From the NCBI GenBank assembly GCA_965202625.1, contig CBDBBI010000010.1, positions 864,001 to 928,000 on the forward strand: DNA of 64,000 nt, read 5' to 3'. Under the pieces are notes generated by a model. That model did no database searches. It saw nothing but the letters and a program-made list of their open reading frames with translations, and was not told the origin of the DNA. The position numbers were made by a program, and so were the translations under genes. This stretch comes from a bacterium. Its GTDB lineage: Bacteria > UBA8248. Positions 41,940 through 52,255 of this stretch are shown in pieces (position 1 is the stretch's first letter; each line of letters starts with the position of its first letter).

Positions 41940-43679
41940 TCAAATATTCTCATTGGGGGGCTTTTTATATTTTTCGAGGTGTAGCCGAATTTTTTCTCTC
42001 AGTTTTTCATTTTTGGGATCCGCCTCGGAGGCGCGCCTCCAATACAGAAGCGCCTTGGGGTGATCACGCAAGGCAAGATATATATCGCCCAAGTGTTCGA
42101 GGACAACAGCATCCTTCGGCATCATCGTCGCCGCATGGCGCACCTTTGTGAGCGCTTCCTCAAAGCGACCTTGGCGGTAATAAATCCACCCGATGCTATC
42201 GAGAAAAGCGGCATTCTCAGGCTCAATCGCCAGTGCGCGATCCAAGAGTCGTTCGGCCTCGTCCAGGTTCTTGTCGAGCTCGGAGAACATGTAGCCCAAT
42301 AGGTTCAGGGCGTTCACATATCTTGGATTTTTTTGAATAATTCTCCTCGCCGCCCTCTCTACGTCGTCCCAGTGCTTGAGCTCGTAAAACGCCGTGGCGA
42401 GGGAATACAAATAATTTACCTCCTCTGGTTTTAACTCTACCGCTCTTTGAAAATGGGGGAGGGCTTCGGCGAACCTTTTTTGTCTGACTAGGAGCAGACC
42501 ACGCGTATAAAACAGTCGTTCCTTCTCAGGGTGGCGCTCCTCGGCTTTATCCAAAACCTCATCCGCCTTATTCCACTCCTCCTGCTCAGAGTATAATCGA
42601 ACGAGTTGAATGTGCGCATCCAACGATTCAGGTACCAAAGACAACAGATTGAGAAGCTCCTCCTCTGCGTGCGCATATTGCTTCAACTCCCGATAAATCG
42701 CCGCAACGTACCGACGAACAATTTCGTCTTTCGGGTTTCTCCCCAAAACGAAACGAAACTCTCGAAGTGCATTCTGATATTCTTTTTGCTCAAAACTCAA
42801 AAAACCGAGAGTCCGATGGACGTTCACATTCCCGGGTTCCTCTGAGCTGAGCACTTTGAATTCCATGAGCGCCCGTTTTAATTTCTTCTTTCGGATATAA
42901 AGCTGTCCCAAGCGAGAACGAACGATTCTGTTGGTGGGTTCGATTGCTTGCGCTTTTTTATAGATGTTCTCCGCCTCGTTGAATTTCTCTTGCGCCTCAT
43001 AGATTCTGGCAAGCAGGAGCATTCCTCGTATAAATCTCGGGCGTCGCTCAAGGAGGCTGAAAATCTCCTTCGCCGCCTCTCCGTATCTTTTCAAGCCTGC
43101 ATAGGCTTGCGCCAGATAATACCTGCCGAGCACGGCCCTCCTCCCTGAGGCGACGAGAATCTTGAACGCCTCTGCAGCCTCAAGAAATTTACCCAACTCC
43201 AGAAAGGTGGTGCCCAAGAGCAGGCGCGTCTCTGGATGATCGGGGCTTATCTTCAACAGTTTTTGATAAGTCGCGACGGCTTTATCGAGCCTCATCCGAG
43301 AAGCGTATATAGCACCTAGAACAAAGTGAGCCTCAAGGTTTCCGGCATCCTGCGCCGTCGCCTTGAAAGCGATTTCCTCTGCTTCTGCCAGTTTCCCCTG
43401 CCGGACGAGAAGCGACGCCAGCCGAGTCAACAAAAAAGAAGAGTGGGGGTTATACCGTACCGATCGAGAATAAGATGCGCTCGCCTCCTCCATGTTGCCC
43501 GCCAACTCTTCTCGATATCCGGCGATGAAATGAAAATAGGACTTCGCTACTCCTGCCACTTTGTCCGGAAGCGCGTGAAGTTTGCGGGCGGGCGTGAGCC
43601 TCGCCCTCTCTACTTGTCCTAAGCATCCCGATAAAATCAGGACAACAAGCAACAAAACCTTGCGATTGAACCTCAGCAT
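41940..43679 (-). CDS. Tetratricopeptide-repeat lipoprotein
   Basis: Lipobox LSGC; many TPR-like helical repeats; C-terminal ALN.LGY...A...DSIGW.YY..G..EHLGD motif typical of the TPR gene upstream of lolB. Confidence 0.85.
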   Translation of the reverse strand: MLRFNRKVLLLVVLILSGCLGQVERARLTPARKLHALPDKVAGVAKSYFHFIAGYREELAGNMEEASASYSRSVRYNPHSSFLLTRLASLLVRQGKLAEAEEIAFKATAQDAGNLEAHFVLGAIYASRMRLDKAVATYQKLLKISPDHPETRLLLGTTFLELGKFLEAAEAFKILVASGRRAVLGRYYLAQAYAGLKRYGEAAKEIFSLLERRPRFIRGMLLLARIYEAQEKFNEAENIYKKAQAIEPTNRIVRSRLGQLYIRKKKLKRALMEFKVLSSEEPGNVNVHRTLGFLSFEQKEYQNALREFRFVLGRNPKDEIVRRYVAAIYRELKQYAHAEEELLNLLSLVPESLDAHIQLVRLYSEQEEWNKADEVLDKAEERHPEKERLFYTRGLLLVRQKRFAEALPHFQRAVELKPEEVNYLYSLATAFYELKHWDDVERAARRIIQKNPRYVNALNLLGYMFSELDKNLDEAERLLDRALAIEPENAAFLDSIGWIYYRQGRFEEALTKVRHAATMMPKDAVVLEHLGDIYLALRDHPKALLYWRRASEADPKNEKLREKIRLHLEKYKKPPNENI

Positions 43680-43710
43680 AAGATGCGACCTCTCCAGCAA
43701 TTTCGTGTCC

Positions 43711-44208
43711 CTATTTCAAGGAATTCTCCTGAGTGCGAATATGGCGAATGAGTTTTTCCGCCGCTTGCTGCAACTGCGCATCTCCCATATCAGCGATGGC
43801 GTTTTTAATCGCAGCGTCATCGCACGAGGAAATCGACGGCGCTTTTCTGTATAACACCGCCGCTTCGTCCATCTCTTCCTCACCTCGAAATGCGAGGTCA
43901 CAATTTGAAAGCCGGAAGCGAATCTCACTGATACGAGAATCCTCCAGATGCTCATTGATTTTCGCGATCAATTCCCGTTTCTTGAACTCGAGCTCATGCA
44001 GCCAGGTCGAATCTCCGACTTCTACGTATAAGCAATCCTTGTTGAGGAAGACCGGCCGCGCCGCCCGAGAGATGCCCTTCCCCACGGCCTTCGGCCAGAC
44101 CCGAAACACGAAATTCTTGGCCAGTCGCCTGCCCCAGGGCTCGTTTGCACGCAACTCTCTCAGGATAGATGAAAACGCCCGGGGTTTCGAGAACCGACGT
44201 CTATCCAC
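43711..44208 (-). CDS. dciA: DciA/DUF721 family protein (ancestral DnaB loader)
   Basis: W...VG..I...A.P......L.V.V..S.W..EL...K..LI.KIN pattern (WPKAVGKGISRAARP...STWLHELEFKKRELIAKINE) plus a helical C-terminal tail. Confidence 0.8.
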   Translation of the reverse strand: MDRRRFSKPRAFSSILRELRANEPWGRRLAKNFVFRVWPKAVGKGISRAARPVFLNKDCLYVEVGDSTWLHELEFKKRELIAKINEHLEDSRISEIRFRLSNCDLAFRGEEEMDEAAVLYRKAPSISSCDDAAIKNAIADMGDAQLQQAAEKLIRHIRTQENSLK

Positions 44209-44898
44209 TCAGCCACTCCTTATCTCAGGATCCATGGCGATTCCGTTACTTTGAAGCATGAGAATTTCCTTCATCACGCGGTCAATGATCCTTTGACTCG
44301 CCTCTTTCGTGTTGTCGATTGCATATTCGTCCCTCAAATCTATCGGCGCGCCAAATCGTATTTCAATTCTCGCGCCTGGGCGCGGTATAGATTTCCCCAC
44401 CGGAATCACTTGATCGGTCCCCCTCAAGGCGACAGGGATGACCGTGGGTGTGGTATTTTTCACGATTCGGCCCACCATGCGATTCCCCTGACCGAGACGA
44501 CCGTCCAGGCTCCGCGTACCCTCCGGATACAATATCACCTTTCCTTCATTGATGTATTCCTCAATCATGCGTATAGATTTTCTATCCGCCCCACCTCGCT
44601 TGATAGGAAAACCCCGCCACTTGTTCAATATCCAGCCCACGATGGGCATTTCAAAAAGCTCTTCTTTTCCTGCCTGACGAATCAGCTCATCGGGATACTT
44701 TGAATAGATCGCCCAAGGTACCACTAGGACATCCAGGGCGGAGATGTGGTTACATAGAAAAAGGATTCTCCCGCCCGGAGGAATGTGCTCCATTCCAATG
44801 ATTTTGGAACTCGAGAATAGGCGCACCAAAATACTTACAAAGATGCGTCCCATCCTTATCATCAGCCGCTCGATCCATAGACCCCTGCCTGCGCTCAA
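44209..44898 (-). CDS. plsC: 1-acyl-sn-glycerol-3-phosphate (lysophospholipid) acyltransferase
   Basis: NHISALD (HX4D), KEELF, YPEGTRS motifs. Confidence 0.85.
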   Translation of the reverse strand: MSAGRGLWIERLMIRMGRIFVSILVRLFSSSKIIGMEHIPPGGRILFLCNHISALDVLVVPWAIYSKYPDELIRQAGKEELFEMPIVGWILNKWRGFPIKRGGADRKSIRMIEEYINEGKVILYPEGTRSLDGRLGQGNRMVGRIVKNTTPTVIPVALRGTDQVIPVGKSIPRPGARIEIRFGAPIDLRDEYAIDNTKEASQRIIDRVMKEILMLQSNGIAMDPEIRSG

Positions 44899-45146
44899 AT
44901 CGAAAGTCTCCCCTCAGGTATAGACAAAGAATCGACGAACGCTATGATTTTCCATGGTCAAACCACCTAGAGATATATTGAGCGCAGCAAAAACGCGCGA
45001 AGAAGCCACGGGACCATTATATCCGCTCATAATGGAGAATGACACAAGTGGGAATGAAAAACGGTATTTGCCCGGTGAACAATGGGGTGCAATAATCCGC
45101 TCGCTTGGAGGGTATGGACGGACGCCCACGAGAGGAGTTTTGCGTT

Positions 45147-46523
45147 TTGGACATCAACCCCCTAATTTTCAGGGAATACGACATTCGGGGCGTGGTGGGG
45201 AGCGACCTCACTTGTAGAATTGTCGAAACGATCGGGGGCGCCCTCGGTACGCACCTGGGCGGTGCGCAAGGGGCCACCATCGCCATCGGGCGGGACAACC
45301 GCCTCTCCTCGCCCACCTTTTACGATGCTCTTCGACAAGGTCTCACTCGCGCGGGCTGCCGTGTCGTCGGAGTCGGCATGGTACCCACCCCAGTGGTCTC
45401 CTTCGCCACGCATCACCTCGACGTGGCGGGAGCTGCACAAGTCACCGGATCTCATAATCCTCCGGAATTCAATGGTTTCAAGATTACCCGGGGCCACGAG
45501 GCGATTCATGGAGAGGAAATCCAGGCACTCAGACGCATCATTAAGGAAGATCGAATCCATCAAGCCGAGATACAGGGAGCATTCGAAGAAATCGACCTCC
45601 GACCCGACTACATCGAGCGCGCCTCAAAGGATTTGACACTCTCAAGGCCCATCAAGGTCGTGCTGGACGCGGGGAACGGCATCAGCGGTGTAGTGGCACC
45701 TCAAGTATTGAGAAACATCGGGGCCGAGGTGGTCGAATTGTTCACCGAACCCGATGGAAACTACCCGAATCATCACCCTGACCCCACGGTCGCCGAGAAC
45801 CTCGAATCCTTGATAACGAAAGTCCAGCAAACGGGTGCTGAAGTGGGAATCGGCTTAGACGGCGACGGCGACCGCATGGGCGCGGTGGACGCCACGGGCA
45901 GAATCATCTGGGGAGACGAACTGCTCATCCTGCTCGCAGCACCGATTCTGGCCCATCACCCGGGCGAGGCCATCGTCTTCGACGTGAAGTGCTCATCGCG
46001 TCTGTCCGAAGCAGTGAAACAGATGGGCGGCCGTCCGGTGATGAGCGCTACGGGACACTCGCTTTTGCGGGCCAAGATATTGGAGGAGGCGGCCCCCCTA
46101 GGCGGCGAGCTCTCTGGACACATTTTTTTCGTGGATGGCTATCTCGGCTATGACGATGCCATCTACGCTTCGGCCAGGCTTTTGCACCTTCTTTGCGCAT
46201 CCGAGGAAACGCTCACCGAGCGCGTCTCGAAAATCCCCGCTTCGATCTCCACGCCCGAGATCAGGGTGGATTGTCCAGATGAGGCGAAATTCGACATTGT
46301 CGAGAAACTCAAAAATCATTTCAAAAGCCGATACGAAACCATCGAAGTCGATGGCGTGCGCATCAACTTCAAGAAGGGCTGGGGACTTGTTCGCGCCTCG
46401 AACACGCAGCCCGTTCTTGTAATGCGCTTCGAGGCGCTTGACGAAACTTCCCTTCAGGCATATCAGCGCGAAGTATACGAGGAGATCAAAAAATACCCCG
46501 CCGCCTCCCTCCCAGATGCGTAG
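45147..46523 (+). CDS. algC: Phosphomannomutase/phosphoglucomutase (AlgC-type)
   Basis: IFREYDIRG, TGSHNPPEFNGFK (phospho-Ser), DGDGDR, GELSGH, VRASNTQP; TTG start with AGGAG RBS. Confidence 0.92.
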   Translation: MDINPLIFREYDIRGVVGSDLTCRIVETIGGALGTHLGGAQGATIAIGRDNRLSSPTFYDALRQGLTRAGCRVVGVGMVPTPVVSFATHHLDVAGAAQVTGSHNPPEFNGFKITRGHEAIHGEEIQALRRIIKEDRIHQAEIQGAFEEIDLRPDYIERASKDLTLSRPIKVVLDAGNGISGVVAPQVLRNIGAEVVELFTEPDGNYPNHHPDPTVAENLESLITKVQQTGAEVGIGLDGDGDRMGAVDATGRIIWGDELLILLAAPILAHHPGEAIVFDVKCSSRLSEAVKQMGGRPVMSATGHSLLRAKILEEAAPLGGELSGHIFFVDGYLGYDDAIYASARLLHLLCASEETLTERVSKIPASISTPEIRVDCPDEAKFDIVEKLKNHFKSRYETIEVDGVRINFKKGWGLVRASNTQPVLVMRFEALDETSLQAYQREVYEEIKKYPAASLPDA

Positions 46524-47103
46524 CCTTCGTGCGCTTTACGACTGGGTCCTGAGCTGGGCGGATTCCCGCTACGGCGTCCCCGCCCTCATCGTTCTATCGA
46601 GCACAGAATCTATATTTTTCCCGATACCACCCGATCCGCTCCTTATCGCCCTGTCCCTCTCCAGGCCGCGCAAAGCGTTTCTTTACGCCGCCTTGTGCTC
46701 CGCATCCTCCGTCCTGGGTGGAGTCTTGGGCTACTTCATCGGCTTCTATCTCCTCAAGAGCATTGGCGATCCCATCATCGCACTCTACGGCGTCGCCGAG
46801 AAATACCAGATCGTTCAAGAATATTACCGGGCCTACGACGCCTGGGCGATCGGTATCGCCGGCTTCACGCCGATTCCCTATAAAGTGTTCACCATCTCGG
46901 CGGGCGCGTTCCACATCAATTTTCTCGTTTTCCTCATCGCCTCCATCCTGAGCCGCTCCACGCGCTTCTTCATTGAAGCTGCGCTCATCCATCGCTTCGG
47001 CCCGTCCATCAAGAGTTTTATCGAACGCTACTTTAATTTGTTGACTATGGTATTTATTGTATTACTCGTGGTTGGTTTTTTCCTTTTCAAAGGAATCCTC
47101 TAG
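46516..47103 (+). CDS. DedA-superfamily membrane protein (YqaA type)
   Basis: ESIFFPIPPD, SVLGG..GY.IG, AGFTPIPYKVFTI.AG, SR..RFF. Confidence 0.9.
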   Translation: MRSLRALYDWVLSWADSRYGVPALIVLSSTESIFFPIPPDPLLIALSLSRPRKAFLYAALCSASSVLGGVLGYFIGFYLLKSIGDPIIALYGVAEKYQIVQEYYRAYDAWAIGIAGFTPIPYKVFTISAGAFHINFLVFLIASILSRSTRFFIEAALIHRFGPSIKSFIERYFNLLTMVFIVLLVVGFFLFKGIL

Positions 47104-48212
47104 TGGCCAGGCGGAGCGTTTTGCCCCTTTGGGCGGTCATTATGGCTGGAGGCACAGGAACGCGCTTTTGGCCCGTGAGCAGACAATCGAGACCCAAGCA
47201 ATTTCTGCCCCTAGGCGGAGGCTCTCCCACGAAAATCTCCGGTCCATCCCTGCTCCAACTTACGCTGAGGCGACTGGGTGGCCTCGTCCCGCCCGGCCGA
47301 ACGCTCATCATGGCTTCGAAGGCACACAAAAAACATCTTGCGAACCTCAAGGTGCCCAGAAGCAACATCGTCTATGAGCCAGAAACGAGGAACACGGCGC
47401 CATGCCTTGGCTTGGCGGCCCATCTCATTGAATCACAGGCGCCAGGAGCGCTGGTGTGCGCTCTTCCCGCAGATCATTTCATCGCCAGGACGAAAGCGTT
47501 TCGAAAATTCATCAAGACGAGCGCGAGGCTGGCGGACGAGCGCGAAGTCATCGTCACCCTTGGGCTGAAACCTAAGTCGCCTGAAACGGGTTTTGGCTAC
47601 ATTGAACGCGACCGGCGTCTCACGCTCTCGGGAGGCATCGAGGCATTCAGCATAAAAAGATTCAAGGAAAAACCTTCTCTCTCCCAAGCACAGAAGTATG
47701 TACGATCGGGAAAACACTATTGGAACAGCGGTATTTTCATTCTCAGGGCCGCTCGCGTGATCGCAGAACTCGACGCCCATCTACCCCTAACGAGCGCATC
47801 GCTACGCCAGGCGTCATTCGCATATCAAAAGCGCGACGCCGCCTCTTTCGCCAAGTTCTTCAAACAGTGCGAATCGCTCAGCATCGATTGCGCGGTGATG
47901 GAAAAGGCGCGCGGTATCGTCGTTTTACCAGCCGATATCGGCTGGAGCGACTTAGGCTCCTGGCCCGCGCTCAGAGAGGTTTTGCCGCGCGATGAGGCAG
48001 GCAACCTGTGGATGCTGCCAAAGGGAAGCAAAACGAAAATAATCGACGCCCAGAATCTCATCGTGCGCGCCAACAAGTCTTTCATCGCCGCCATCGGTGT
48101 TGAGGACATCATTCTCGTCGAGACAGAGGACGCGCTCCTCATCTGCTCAAGCGAGAATGCGCAACAGGTCGGCCAAATGATCAAAAACCTGGACCAAACC
48201 AAATTTCTATAA
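47103..48212 (+). CDS. manC: Mannose-1-phosphate guanylyltransferase (no PMI domain)
   Basis: VIMAGGTGTRFWPVSR...PKQF, EP..RNTAP, PADH, TGFGYI, FKEKP, WNSGIF, SID.AVMEK, WSDLGSW. Confidence 0.93.
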   Translation: MARRSVLPLWAVIMAGGTGTRFWPVSRQSRPKQFLPLGGGSPTKISGPSLLQLTLRRLGGLVPPGRTLIMASKAHKKHLANLKVPRSNIVYEPETRNTAPCLGLAAHLIESQAPGALVCALPADHFIARTKAFRKFIKTSARLADEREVIVTLGLKPKSPETGFGYIERDRRLTLSGGIEAFSIKRFKEKPSLSQAQKYVRSGKHYWNSGIFILRAARVIAELDAHLPLTSASLRQASFAYQKRDAASFAKFFKQCESLSIDCAVMEKARGIVVLPADIGWSDLGSWPALREVLPRDEAGNLWMLPKGSKTKIIDAQNLIVRANKSFIAAIGVEDIILVETEDALLICSSENAQQVGQMIKNLDQTKFL

Positions 48213-48234
48213 ACCGCGCTTCGGAAACGTCCAC

Positions 48235-49041
48235 ATGCTTTGGGAACACGCTCTCCTTCTAGGCATCCTTCAAGGTCTCACTGAATTTCTGCCGGTCAGC
48301 AGTTCGGGACATCTCGTTCTCGGAAAGAGCATTCTCGGGCTGAGAAAACCGGAATTGATTTTCGACATATTGCTCCATGTCGGCACGCTCGCCGCCGTAT
48401 TGACGTTCTATGGAAAAGATCTGTGGCGCATCGCACGAGACTGGGGCTTGTCCCTAGCGGGCAAACCCCCGAGCGACGGCACATCCAGGATGGGCTGGCT
48501 TTTGATCCTCGGTTCCATCCCTGCGGGAATCGCAGGCGTTTTTTTGGATGATTTCGTAGAGAAAATGTTCGCCGCCCCAAAGCTCGCCGCTTGCGCACTG
48601 ATCTTCACCGGCGGAATTCTACATTTCAGCCGACCAAAGCAAGACGCGCGCCGGGGAGAGGACAAGATGACGGCGAAAGACGCCTTGCTCATCGGCCTAT
48701 TCCAGGCATTCGCCATCATTCCGGGCGTCTCTCGCTCAGGCACGACCATCGCCGTCGCTCTCATCCGCGGAGTGGCACGCGAACAAGCTGCGCGCTTTAG
48801 CTTCTTGCTCTCTGTGCCGGCGATTTCGGGCGCCTTCATACTCAAGGTAAAAGATTTTGAGGGAACTCTCGACGCGAATCTGCTTCCCTATGCAGTTGGC
48901 GCCGCCGCTTCGGCCATCGTAGGAGTCGTGGCCCTGGGCTGGCTCATCAAGTTCGTGAGAGGTGGCAAATTGGCCCGCTTCCGCTTCTACTGCTGGGGGG
49001 CAGGCACGCTCTCCCTTGTCTACCTGTTCACGAAAGGGTAG
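48235..49041 (+). CDS. uppP: Undecaprenyl-diphosphatase UppP/BacA
   Basis: QGLTEFLPVSSSGHL, PGVSRSGTTI, ARFSFLL. Confidence 0.96.
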   Translation: MLWEHALLLGILQGLTEFLPVSSSGHLVLGKSILGLRKPELIFDILLHVGTLAAVLTFYGKDLWRIARDWGLSLAGKPPSDGTSRMGWLLILGSIPAGIAGVFLDDFVEKMFAAPKLAACALIFTGGILHFSRPKQDARRGEDKMTAKDALLIGLFQAFAIIPGVSRSGTTIAVALIRGVAREQAARFSFLLSVPAISGAFILKVKDFEGTLDANLLPYAVGAAASAIVGVVALGWLIKFVRGGKLARFRFYCWGAGTLSLVYLFTKG

Positions 49042-49053
49042 CGACGGACTCGC

Positions 49054-49668
49054 CTAGCGCATGGGCGAGAACGAAGCAGGCACCCAAATCTCTGTGTTCT
49101 GCGCATCCAAGAACGGACGGGAACCAGGAGGCCAGTTTGGCAGTTCGTGCGCTCTCTTGCGCACCTCGGCGCGATGATTCATGTCGTCATACGCCCAGAC
49201 ATGAATCCATTGATTCAAAGGGCCCATTTCGGTCATGAAACACGCCGCCAAGCGAGAGAGTTCCTCTCTCGCCGCGATATGCTCGGTCCACCGGCTCAGG
49301 ACTTCGTTCATCTTACCGGGACGAACAGCGTAAGTTCTGAACTCATATACACTGCCCAACATCCCTTGGCGCGGCTCTTTTCGGAACGACGGTGTTGTGA
49401 GAATCTTGCTTTCCTGCTCCAGAATCAGATGTCCGTTGGGCGGCGGCCACCAGTCCAGCGCCATCGTCTTCGCCCTCACCTCCGCGCGGTGATCCGAATT
49501 TTCATATTTCCAGATGTGCATGATGCGATTCAAATCCCCGACCTCGGCATGGAAGAATCCCACGATTGGGGACAGTTCGTTTCTCTGCTCGATGACCTTT
49601 GAAAAATTCTCTTCAAACTCAGCAACACCACCCACGGTCAACCTATAAACGCGCATTTCGTACAACAT
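49054..49668 (-). CDS. NIPSNAP family protein with two tandem NIPSNAP domains
   Basis: ATG at 49668 with GGAGG RBS. Repeated YE.R.Y...EVG.LN..HIW.Y...R..VR...WPP units. The longer track ORF (to 49938) runs into the livF remnant. Confidence 0.88.
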   Translation of the reverse strand: MLYEMRVYRLTVGGVAEFEENFSKVIEQRNELSPIVGFFHAEVGDLNRIMHIWKYENSDHRAEVRAKTMALDWWPPPNGHLILEQESKILTTPSFRKEPRQGMLGSVYEFRTYAVRPGKMNEVLSRWTEHIAAREELSRLAACFMTEMGPLNQWIHVWAYDDMNHRAEVRKRAHELPNWPPGSRPFLDAQNTEIWVPASFSPMR

Positions 49669-49843
49669 CGGTTTTCCTCCCAAATGATGCAAAATACAAC
49701 TGTTCGCCCAAAGTGTAGACCTTGACGACTCAATAGGCAAGAACGCAAAGGCTTCAACCACTCGGTCAAGTCTTTCAAGAACGTCCGACAAGCCCCGCAG
49801 AACCTCGGGCTCGGCGACTCGATAGAGCGCATAAAAGCGCATC

Positions 49844-50503
49844 CTATTCGCCCAGATAGGCCTCTCGGACGACCGGTGAATCCCGAAAACGTCCGGCCTA
49901 TCGCCCATGAGGATTCGCCCCGTTTCCATCACATACAACCAACCCGAGGAACTGAGTCCGAGGTGCGCGTTTTATTCAACGAGGAAAATACTCGTCCCCT
50001 CATAGCAAATTCTCGTCAAAACCTCGAAGATGGTTTCCATAATCTTAGGTGCTAGTCCAAGCGAGGGTTCATCCAGCAGAAAAAGCCGGGGTCTCGCCAT
50101 GAGTGCCCGGCCGATGGTCAACATTTGCTGCTCTCCGCCAGAGAGTGTGCCGCCCTTTTGGGCACTCCGCTCATACAAAACGGGAAACAGGGAACAGACA
50201 TAATCGAGGTCGCTTCTCACGCGCTCGGCGTCTTATCCTAAAAAAGCACCTGCCCTCAGGGACTTCGCAAATGCCGCGCTTCACGATCTCAGCCGGATCT
50301 TGGGTATGAATGACCTCCCCCTCAAACAATATCTCGCCTTTGGATATGGCGTTCACGCCGCAGATCGCCATCAAGGTGGAAGATTTGCCCGCTCCGTTGC
50401 TGTCGATAAGACAAACAGTCTGTCCGGGGCACACTTCCAATGATACGCCCTGAAGGGCGTGGATGTGGCCATACTAGAAATGAACGTCCCGCAACTCAAG
50501 TAT
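49844..50503 (-). pseudogene. livF: Branched-chain amino acid ABC ATPase LivF, degraded
   Basis: Start decayed to ATA; LELRDVHF*YGHIHALQGVSL; SNGAGKSS; frameshift; [30 protein letters not shown]; LVE*NA (premature TAA in EQN); YVMETG; frameshift; EAYLGE*. Confidence 0.88.
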
Positions 50504-51271
50504 GAAAAGTCCCTAGATAGGCCTCCAACACTTTTGGATCCTGCCTCACTTGAACAGGAGTTCCAGCCGCAATTTTCTGTCCATAATCTAAAACGACCAC
50601 GCAGTCTAAAATACCCATGATCGCCTTCATATCGTGTTCGATCAACAAGATGGTGACGCCTCGATCTTAAATCGCCAGTATCAACTCATTCAAAACGCCC
50701 TTCTCGCGCGGGTTCATGCCGGCGGCGGGTTCGTCCAGCAGCAGGAGACGAGGTTCACTCGCAAGGGCACGCGCGCAATCTCCAAGCGTCTTTGATCGCT
50801 GTAGGAAAGCGCTTCCGCCACGCTCAAGGCGTAGGCTTCGATACCCGTGAACTCAACAACTCCATGGCGCGCGCGGCCGCCTGCCCCTCTTCCGCCACCA
50901 CCCTCCCCAGGCGCAGAATCACCCCAATCAGACCTGCGCACATTCTCGAGTGCCGCCCGACCAAAACGTTCTCCAGCACCGTCATGTGTTGCGAAACAAG
51001 CGAACGTTCTGAAACGTACGCGCGATACCCCGACTCGTGATGGCGCTTGGCTTGAGCCCCACCACGCTTTGGCCCTCGAAGAAGACGCCACCTTCCATAG
51101 GTGTGCACAAACCCGTCACAACGTTAAAGGCGGTTGTCTTGCCGACGCCGTTTAGACCGATGAGGCACAGCACTTCGCACGCACCTCCAAGTCCAACGAA
51201 TCCAAGGCAACCACCCCGCCGAAGCGCCGAGTCAGCCCCCGACATTCCAAAAGACACGCCCCTTCTGTCAT
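50496..51271 (-). pseudogene. livG: Branched-chain amino acid ABC ATPase LivG, degraded
   Basis: Fragments in different frames: LTRRFGGVVAL, IGLNGVGKTT.FN, GIARTFQNVRLF, MTVLENVLVG, LSYSDQRRLEIAR, LLLDEPAAGMNP, LIEHDMK, EAYLG; several frameshifts and stops. Confidence 0.88.
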
Positions 51272-52255
51272 CTCCCCAAGTCCTCTTCCTCCTAAGAGGT
51301 GTCAATAACATGGAGACGGCGGTGGCGTTTGACCCGCAGGAGCCTCTGAGGTCTGAGCACCATTGCGCCTCACAGAAGCATGGGGCGGAAAAGCGTCAAT
51401 TCCCTCAGCACTTCCTGTAACACGGTGAGAATCAACGCGCCGAGCACTACGCTCGGAATGCTCCCCATACCGCCTAGCACGACCATGCCCAAAATAATCA
51501 CCGATTCAAAAAACGTAAAACTCTCCGCGGAGATGAAGGTTTGTTTGGAGGCAAAAACGACGCCGCTGAATACGGCCCAGGCCGCCCCGAAAACGAAAGC
51601 AGATAGTTTCGCGTATACGACGCCCATGCACTCGTCGACCGTCTCATCCTCGCGCATGGCCACTCAAACGCGGCCTAGCGATTTTTGTCGAGGCGATTCA
51701 AAACGAAGATGGTGAAAACGCAGAAAAAGAGAACAAGGTAGTAAAAGTGCATGGGTTTATACAGGCGCATCTCGCCCAGGAAAGGACGCCCAATGCCCAA
51801 AACGCCATTCGGACCTTGCGTCACGTTGTCCCAGTTGTTCAGGACCAAGTGGATGATCTCGCCAAAGCCGAGTGTGACTATCGCGAGATAATCGCCCCTG
51901 AGCCGGCAAGACGGGAATTCCAAGCAGAATTCCGAACAATGTGGCGAAAGCGACACCTAGCCCCAAGGAGGACAAAAAGAAGAGCCCGGCCCAAGTGTTC
52001 AGCAACGCTTAGGAGTAAGCTCCTACGGCGTAAAAGACTACATAGCCCAAATCCAGAAGGCCAGCGAAGCCCAACCACCACGTTGAGCCCCAAGGAGAGC
52101 AGGATATAAATGCCGGCGATGACAAGCACATCGGTGGAATAGCAGTCAAGTATCCAAGGAAGCGTGGGCAGAAAAAGCAGGAAAAAACACCAGTAGCGTC
52201 TGTCGAGGGATTTCTCCTCACTAAAACCCCAGGCGGACGAGAGGTTCTCTTTCAT
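51268..52255 (-). pseudogene. livM: Branched-chain amino acid ABC permease LivM, degraded
   Basis: Fragments LGLNVVVG, AGLLDLGYV.FYAVGAYS*, RLRGDYLAIVTLGFGEII, R.*VAMREDE, F.F.ES..IL.MVVLGGMGSI in shifting frames. Confidence 0.88.

Noticed and set aside
49669-49938. N-terminal 90-aa extension of the NIPSNAP ORF (apparent LivF-NIPSNAP fusion)
   Set aside because: A chance open frame through the livF remnant and spacer; a strong RBS supports the ATG at 49668.
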